Shown in pieces: positions 51,729 to 58,183 of a stretch of DNA of 58,183 bases. The stretch's first letter is position 1. Every line of letters begins with the position of its first letter. The notes under the pieces were generated by a model that was not told where the DNA came from, made no database searches, and saw only the letters and a program-made list of their open reading frames with translations. The translations under genes were made by a program, and so were the position numbers. The stretch comes from Chiloscyllium plagiosum (taxonomy: Eukaryota). The stretch spans positions 57,691,071 to 57,749,253 of the forward strand of contig NC_057718.1 of NCBI RefSeq assembly GCF_004010195.1, in the 5' to 3' direction.

Positions 51729-52760
51729 TTACAGTGATATACTGTCTCTATTTTTGTTTTTAGATTTATAAATCTACCTTTACATAACCCTCTCCATCCT
51801 TTTAGTTTACGGCCCTATTTACATTATTATTCTCATATCAAATTGTAGCTATATTCATTCATAAGAAGCACATTAGTCTAAACAGTAAAGTGAATTTAGA
51901 GCCCTGTGTATGGATGGTAACCATTAAAGGTATCACAATTCAGTGACAAGGATTCTGAAAGACTTAAAAAGTTTCACTTGGCTAAACACCCCTATATTAA
52001 TTTTAATTGATGTTGACAGAAAAAGTATTCATTGAAAGTAAAACAAACCCAGAAATGTTCTGCCCAAATTGTTGAAAAGTGCAGTACTAATTATTCAGTT
52101 TGCTGTTAAATTTCAGATGTCCACAACATAGAAACATAGAACATTACAGCGTAGTACAGGCCCTTCGGCCCTCGATGTTGCGCCAATCTATGGAACCAAT
52201 CTGAAGCCCATCTAACCTACACTATTCCAATTTTGTCCATATGCCTATCCAATGACCAGTTAAATGCCCTTAAAGTTGGCGAGTCTACTGCTGTTGCAGG
52301 CAGTGCGTTCCACACCCTACTACTCTGAGTAAAGAAACTACCTCTGACATCTGTCCTATATCTATCATCCCTCAATTTAAAGTTATGCCCCCACGTGCTA
52401 GCCATCACCATCTGAGGAAAAAGGCTCTCACTGTTCAACCTATCTAACCCTCTGATTTTCTTATATGTCTCAATTAAATCACCTCTCAACCTTTTTCTCT
52501 CTAATAAAAACAAAGTCCCTCAGCCTTTCCTTGTAAGAACTTCCCTCCATACCAGGCAACAGCCTAGTAAATCTCCTCTGCACCCTTTCTAAAACTTCCA
52601 CATCCTGCCTATAATCCAATGACCAGAACTGTACACAATACTCCAAGTGTGGCCGCACCAGAGTTTTGTACAGTCGCAGCATGATCTGATGGTTCCGAAA
52701 CTCAATGCCTCTACCAATGAAAGCTAACACACAGGATGCCCTCTTAACAACCCTATCAAC

Positions 52761-53377
52761 TTTTTTGCAAGGTTTGTGAAGGTTTGTAGCTCAGGTTGAG
52801 GTTTCGGGTGTAAGTTTGGTTGCTGAGCTGTAGGTTTGATATCCAGACATTTCATTACCTGGCTAGGTAACATCATCAATGGCGACCTCCAAGTGAAGCG
52901 AAGCTGTTGTCTCCTGCTTTCTATTTATATCTTTCTCCTGGATGGGGTTCCTGGGGTTTGTGGTGATGTCATTTCCTGTTCGTTTTCTGAGGGGTTGATA
53001 GATGGCATCTAGATCTATGTGTTTGTTTATGGCATTGTGGTTGGAGTGCCAGGCCTCTAGGAATTCTCTGGCATGTCTTTGCTTAGCCTGTCCCAGGATA
53101 GATGTGTTGTCCCAGTCGAAATTGTTTTTTTTTCATCCGTGTGTAGGGCTACGAGGGAGAGAGGGTCATATCTTTTTGTGGCTAGCTGGTGTTCATGTAT
53201 CCTGGTGGCTAACATCACCACAAATGCCAGGAACCCCATCCAGGAGAAAGATATAAATAAAAAGCAGGAGACAACAGCCTCGCTTCACTTGGAGGTCGCC
53301 ACTGATGATGTTACCTAGCCAGGTAATGAAACGTCTGGATATCAAACCTACGGCTCAGCGAGCCAACCTACACCCTA
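52761..53377. mobile_element. Poseidon-type PLE fragment bounded by inverted terminal repeats, inserted in CR1
   Basis: RIHEHQLATKRYDPLSLVALH on the minus strand; inverted arms about 52790-52970 and 53210-53375; TSD aaccctatcaac / aaccctgtcaac. Confidence 0.88.
53299..53338 (+). ncRNA. Minimal hammerhead ribozyme (intact)
   Basis: cca-CUGAUGA-u-guuaccu/agcc/agguaau-GAAA-cg-UC-ugg. Confidence 0.82.
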
Positions 53378-56067
53378 AACCCTGTCAACCTGGGTGGCAA
53401 CTTTCAAGGATCTAGGTACCTGGACACTGAGATCTCTGCTCATCTACACAAACAAGAATCTTAACATGAGCCCAGTACTCTGCATTCCTGTTACTCCTTC
53501 CAAAGTGAATCACCTCACATTTTTCTGCATTAAACTCTAGTTGCCACCTCTCAGCCCAGATCTGCAGCTTATCTATATCCCTCTGTAACCTGCAAAATCC
53601 TTTGTTACTATCCACAACTCTATTGACCTTAATGTCATCTGCAAATTTACTAACCCATCCTTCTATGCCCTCATCCAGGTTGTTTATATAAATGACAAAC
53701 AACAGTGGATCCAAAACAGATCCTTGTGGCACAACACCAGTAACTGAACTGCAGGATGAACATTTCCCATCACCACTACCCTTTGTCTTCTTTCAGCTAG
53801 CCAATTCCTGATCCAAACCGCTAAACCACTCCTAATCCCATGCCTCCGTATTTTGTGCAACAGCATACTGTAGATAACCTTATCAAATGCCTTACTGAAA
53901 TCCATTTACACCATGTCAACCTCTTTACCTCCATCTACCTGTTTGGTCACCTTCTCAAAGAACTCAATAAGGTTTGTGAGGCACAACCTATCCCTAATCA
54001 ACTTATTCTTCGCTAGATAATTATAAATCCTATCTCTTATAACCCTTTCCAACACTTAACCCACAACTCGAAGTAAGGCTCACAGGTCTATAATTTCCAG
54101 GATTGTCTCTACTCCCTCTCTTGAACAAGGGAACAACATTTGCTATCCTCCAGTTTTCTAGCACTATTCCTGTAGACAATGATGACATAAAGATCAAAGC
54201 CAGAGGCTCAGCAATCTCTTCCCTGGCTTCCCAGAGAATTCTAGGATAAATCCCATCTGGCCCAGGGGACTTATCTACCTTTTACACTTTCCAGAATTGC
54301 TAACACCTCCTCCCTATGATCCTCAATCCCATCTAGTCTAGTAGCCTGTATTTCAGTATTCTCCTCCACAGCATTGTCTTTTTCTAATGTGAATACTGAT
54401 GAAATATGATCATTTAGTACTTCTCCTATCCCCTCTGACTCCACACACAACTTTCCACTGCTATGCTTGATTGGCCCTAATCTTACTCTAGTCATTCTTT
54501 TACTCATTATATACATATAGAAAGCCTTAGGGTTTTCCTTGATCCTATCTGCCAATGATTTCTTATGTCCCCTCCTGGCTTTTCTTTGCTCTCTCGTTTG
54601 GTCTTTCCTGGCTAACTTGTAACTCTCAAGCACCTAAATTGAGCCATCACAACTCATCCGAACATAAACCTTCTTCCTCTTGACAAGAGATTCGACTTAC
54701 TTAGCAAACCACGGCTCCCGCCGTTGACAACTTCCTCCCTGCCTGACAGGGTCATATTTATCAAGGACCTGTAGTAGCTGATCATTGAATACACTCTACA
54801 TTTCAATTGTGCCCATCCCTTGCAGTTAACTTCCCCATCCTCTGCACCCTAATTTTTGCCTAATCGCATCATAATTGCCTTTCCCCCAGCTATAACTCTT
54901 GCCCTGCGGTATATACCTATCCCTTTCCAGCATAAAAGTAAACATAACCGAATTGTGGTCACTATCAGCAAAATCTAACACCTGGTCGGGTTCATTACCC
55001 AGTACCAAATCCAATGTGGCCTCACCCCTTGTTGGCCTGTTTACATACTGTGCCAGGAAACCATCCTGCACACATTGGACAAAAACTGACCCATCTATAG
55101 TCCTTGAACTATTGCATTCCCAGCCAATATTTGAAAAGTTAAAGTCCCCATAACAACTACCCTGTCACTCTTGCTCTTATCGAGGATCATCTTTGATATC
55201 CTTTCTTCTACATCTCTGGAACTATTTGGAGGCCTAAAGAAAACTCCCAAAAGGGTGACCTCTCCTTTCCTGTTTCTAACCTCAGCCCATACTACCTCAG
55301 TAAACAAGTCCTCAAATGTCCTTTCTGACACATTTCAAACCAACCTCTTGCCTGCTGATGCCTTCTTGCGATCTTGAAATCTTAGTTCTGACTTCACCAT
55401 TCTCATCCTCCCATATACTTGAACTACAAATTTGGTTGCCATTCCCCTGCTGAATTAGTTTAAACCCACTGAAGAGCATTAGCAAACCTCTCCCCCAAGG
55501 ATATTGGTACCCGTCTGGTTCAGGTGAAGACCATTCTGTTTGTAGAGGTCCCACCTACCCCAGAAAGAGCCCAATTATCCGGGAATCCAAAACCATCCCA
55601 GTAACCATGTGTTCAACTCCTCAAAAGAGAGAGATCCCAGTAAGATCTTATTCACATAAATCTGCAATACATTATTTCTTGGATTAAGTGATTGGAAACA
55701 CGGTAATATTCCTGAATTGGTAATCCAGGGACAAAACCAGAAATTGCTGGAAAAACATGTCTGGCAGTAACTGTGGAGAGAAGTCAGAGTTAACATTTTG
55801 GGTTGAGTAACCTGTCCTCAAAAGGTCTGGATTGATACAATAGAAACATGAATTCAATCTCACTTGGGGAAGTTTAATGTTATCAAAAAAATTTAGAATA
55901 GAATGCCTCAATTTTAATGTTCGCATAAGAACTCATCGGTTCATTAATATATTTCAGGAGTGGAAATGCCAGAGGTAAAAACAATGACTGCAGATGCTGG
56001 AAACCAGATTCTGGGTTAGTGGTGCTGGAAGAGCACAGCAGTTCAGGCAGCATCCAAGGAGCAGTGA

Positions 56068-56103
56068 AATCGACGTTTCGGGCAAAAGCCCTTCATCAGG
56101 AAT
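56068..56103 (-). ncRNA. Minimal hammerhead ribozyme motif (intact core)
   Basis: Minus strand auucCUGAUGAagggc-uuuu-gcccGAAAcgUCgauu. Confidence 0.72.
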
Positions 56104-56506
56104 AAAAAGCAGAGAGCCTGAAGCGTGGAGAGATAAGCTAGAGGAGAGTGGGCTTAGGGAGAAAGTAGCATAGAGTACAATAGGTGAGGAGGGGAGGGGA
56201 TGAAGGTGATAGGTCAGGGAGGAGAGGGTGGACTGGATAGGTGGAAAAGGAAATAGGCAGGTAGGACAAGTCCGGACAAGTCATGGGGACAGTGCTGAGC
56301 TGGAAGTTTGGAACTAGGGTGAGGAGGGGAAATGAGGAAACTGTTGAAGTCCACATTGATGCCCTGGGGTTGAAGTGTTCCGAGGCGAAAGATGAAGGTT
56401 TCTTCCTCCAGGAGTCTGGGGGTGAGGGAACAGCAGTGAAGGAGGCACAGGACCTCCAAGTCCTTGGCAGAGTGGGAGGGGGAGTTGAAATGTTGGGCCA
56501 TGGGGC

Positions 56507-56653
56507 NNNNNNNNNNNNNNNNNNNNNNNNNNNNNNNNNNNNNNNNNNNNNNNNNNNNNNNNNNNNNNNNNNNNNNNNNNNNNNNNNNNNNNNNNNNNNN
56601 NNNNNNNNNNNNNNNNNNNNNNNNNNNNNNNNNNNNNNNNNNNNNNNNNNNNN
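56507..56653. other. Assembly gap
   Basis: Run of N. Confidence 1.
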
Positions 56654-58183
56654 CCTAAAGCGCTCTGCTAGGAGGCACCCAGTCTCCCCAATGTAGAGGA
56701 GACCGCATTGGGAGCAACGGATACAATAAATGATATTAGTGGATGTGCAGGTAAAATTTTGATGGATTTGGAAGGCTCCTTTAGGGCCTTGGACAGAGGT
56801 GAGGGAGGAGGTGTGGGCACAGGTTTTACAGTTCCTGCGGTGGCAGGGGAAAGTGCCAGGATGTGAGGGTGGGTCGAAGGGGGGGCGTGGATCTGACCAG
56901 GTAATCACGGAGGTAACGGTCTTTGCGGAAGGCGGAAAGGAGTGGGGAAGGAAATATATCCCTGGCGGTGGGGTCTTTATGGAGGTGGCGGAAATGTCGG
57001 TGGATGATTTGGTTTATGCGGAGGTTTGTAGGGTGGAAGGTGAGCACCAGGGGCGTTCTGTCCTTGTTACGTTTGCAGGGGTGGGGTCTGAGTGCAGAGG
57101 TGCAGGATGTGGACGAGATGCGTTGGAGGGCATCTTTAACCACGTGGGAAGGGAAATTGCGGTCTCTAAAGAAGGAGGCGCAACTGGTGGAACTGGTCCT
57201 CCTGGGAGCAGATACGGCGGAGGCGAAGGAATTGGGAATACGGGATGGCATTTTTGCAAGAGGTAGGGTGGGAAGAGGTGTAATCCAGGTAGCTGCGGGA
57301 GTCGATGGGTTTGTAAAAAATGTCAGTGTCAAGTCGGTCGTCATTAATGGAGATGGAGAGGTCCAGGAAGGGGAGTGAGGTGTCAGAGATGGTCCAGGTA
57401 AATTTAAGGTCAAGGGATATATTTCCCTCCCCACCCCTTTCCGCCGTCGGTGGGTTTGTAAAAAATGTCAGTGTCAAGTCGGTCGTCATTAATGGAGATG
57501 GAGAGGTCCGGGAAGGGGTGGGAGGTGTCAGAGATGGTACAGGTAAATTTAAGGTCAGGGTGGAATGTGTTGGTGAAGTTGATGAATTGCTCAACCACCT
57601 CGTGGGAGCATGAGGTGGCGCCAATGCAGTCATCAATGTAGCGGAGGAAGAGGTGGGGAGTGGTGCGGGTGTAATTACGGAAGATCAACTGTTCTATGTA
57701 ACCAACAAATAGACAGGCATAGCTGGGGCCCATACGTGTGCCCATGGCTACCCCTTTGGTCTGGAGGAAGTGGGAGGATTTGAAGGAGAAATTGTTAAGT
57801 GTGAGGACCAGTTCGGCCAAACGAATGAGAGTGTCGGTGGAAGGGTACAGTTGGGGATATCTGGAGATGAAAAAACGGAGGGCTTGGAGGCACTGGTCAT
57901 AGCGGATGGAGGTGTAGAGGGATTGGATATGCATGATGAAGATGAGGCATTGGGAGCCGGGGAAACGGAAGTCTTGGAGGAGGTGGAGGGCGTGGGTGGT
58001 GTCTCGAACGTATGTGGGGAGTTCCTGGACTAGGGGGGATAGGACAGTGTCGAGGTAGGTAGAGATGAGTTCAGTGGGGCAGGAGCATGCTGAGACAATG
58101 GGTCGGCCAGGGTGGACAGGCTTATGGATACTACCAACTGTAACTACAACAAACTTTTATCTACCCACCCCCATAACCAGCGA

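Larger units (their letters stand above)
52125..55620 (-). mobile_element. Long CR1 (ORF1 end, endonuclease, RT, 3' UTR), decayed
   Basis: [55 protein letters not shown]; tail catagaaacatagaa. Confidence 0.92.
55972..58130 (-). mobile_element. Relatively young Neptune PLE (RT, Cys linker, GIY-YIG, terminal repeat)
   Basis: QTKGVAMGTRMGPSYACLF, RYIDDCIG, KNAIPYSQFLRLRRICS, PCHRRNCKTC, IYCIRCSQCGLLYIGETG. Confidence 0.93.

Noticed and set aside
1..58183. CRISPR array, operon or prokaryotic defence system
   Set aside because: The sequence is vertebrate-like; recurring repeats are dispersed TE copies without regular spacers, and all RT and nuclease ORFs belong to retrotransposons

Overview
Eukaryotic, repeat-dense genomic DNA. 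The repeat repertoire (HE1/V-SINEs, HER1-like CR1 LINEs, Neptune- and Poseidon-type Penelope-like elements) points to a shark or other cartilaginous fish; this is an inference from the families, not a database result. I recognise no intact host protein-coding gene. The ORF track is almost entirely decayed transposon sequence or spurious antisense ORFs, so the window looks like a large intron or gene desert. Main contents: (1) a full-length but decayed Ty3/gypsy LTR retrotransposon at 415-7360 with the inverted Gmr1-type order gag(SCAN-like capsid, Zn knuckle)-PR-IN-RT-RNaseH, a tRNA-Pro-type PBS and a PPT, plus a related solo LTR at 10583-11299. (2) About 15 Penelope-like element (PLE) insertions, many reduced to short TSD-flanked terminal-repeat modules; these carry minimal type-I hammerhead ribozyme motifs, several with intact cores and one with covariation in helix II. 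(3) A PIF/Harbinger transposase relic, a pogo/Tigger-like MITE, and many CR1 and SINE copies with resolvable nesting order. (4) TE-poor AT-rich islands, including a candidate small or terminal exon near 47.8-48.1 kb. TSD- and LTR-defined boundaries were read by hand and are close to exact; other boundaries are approximate.
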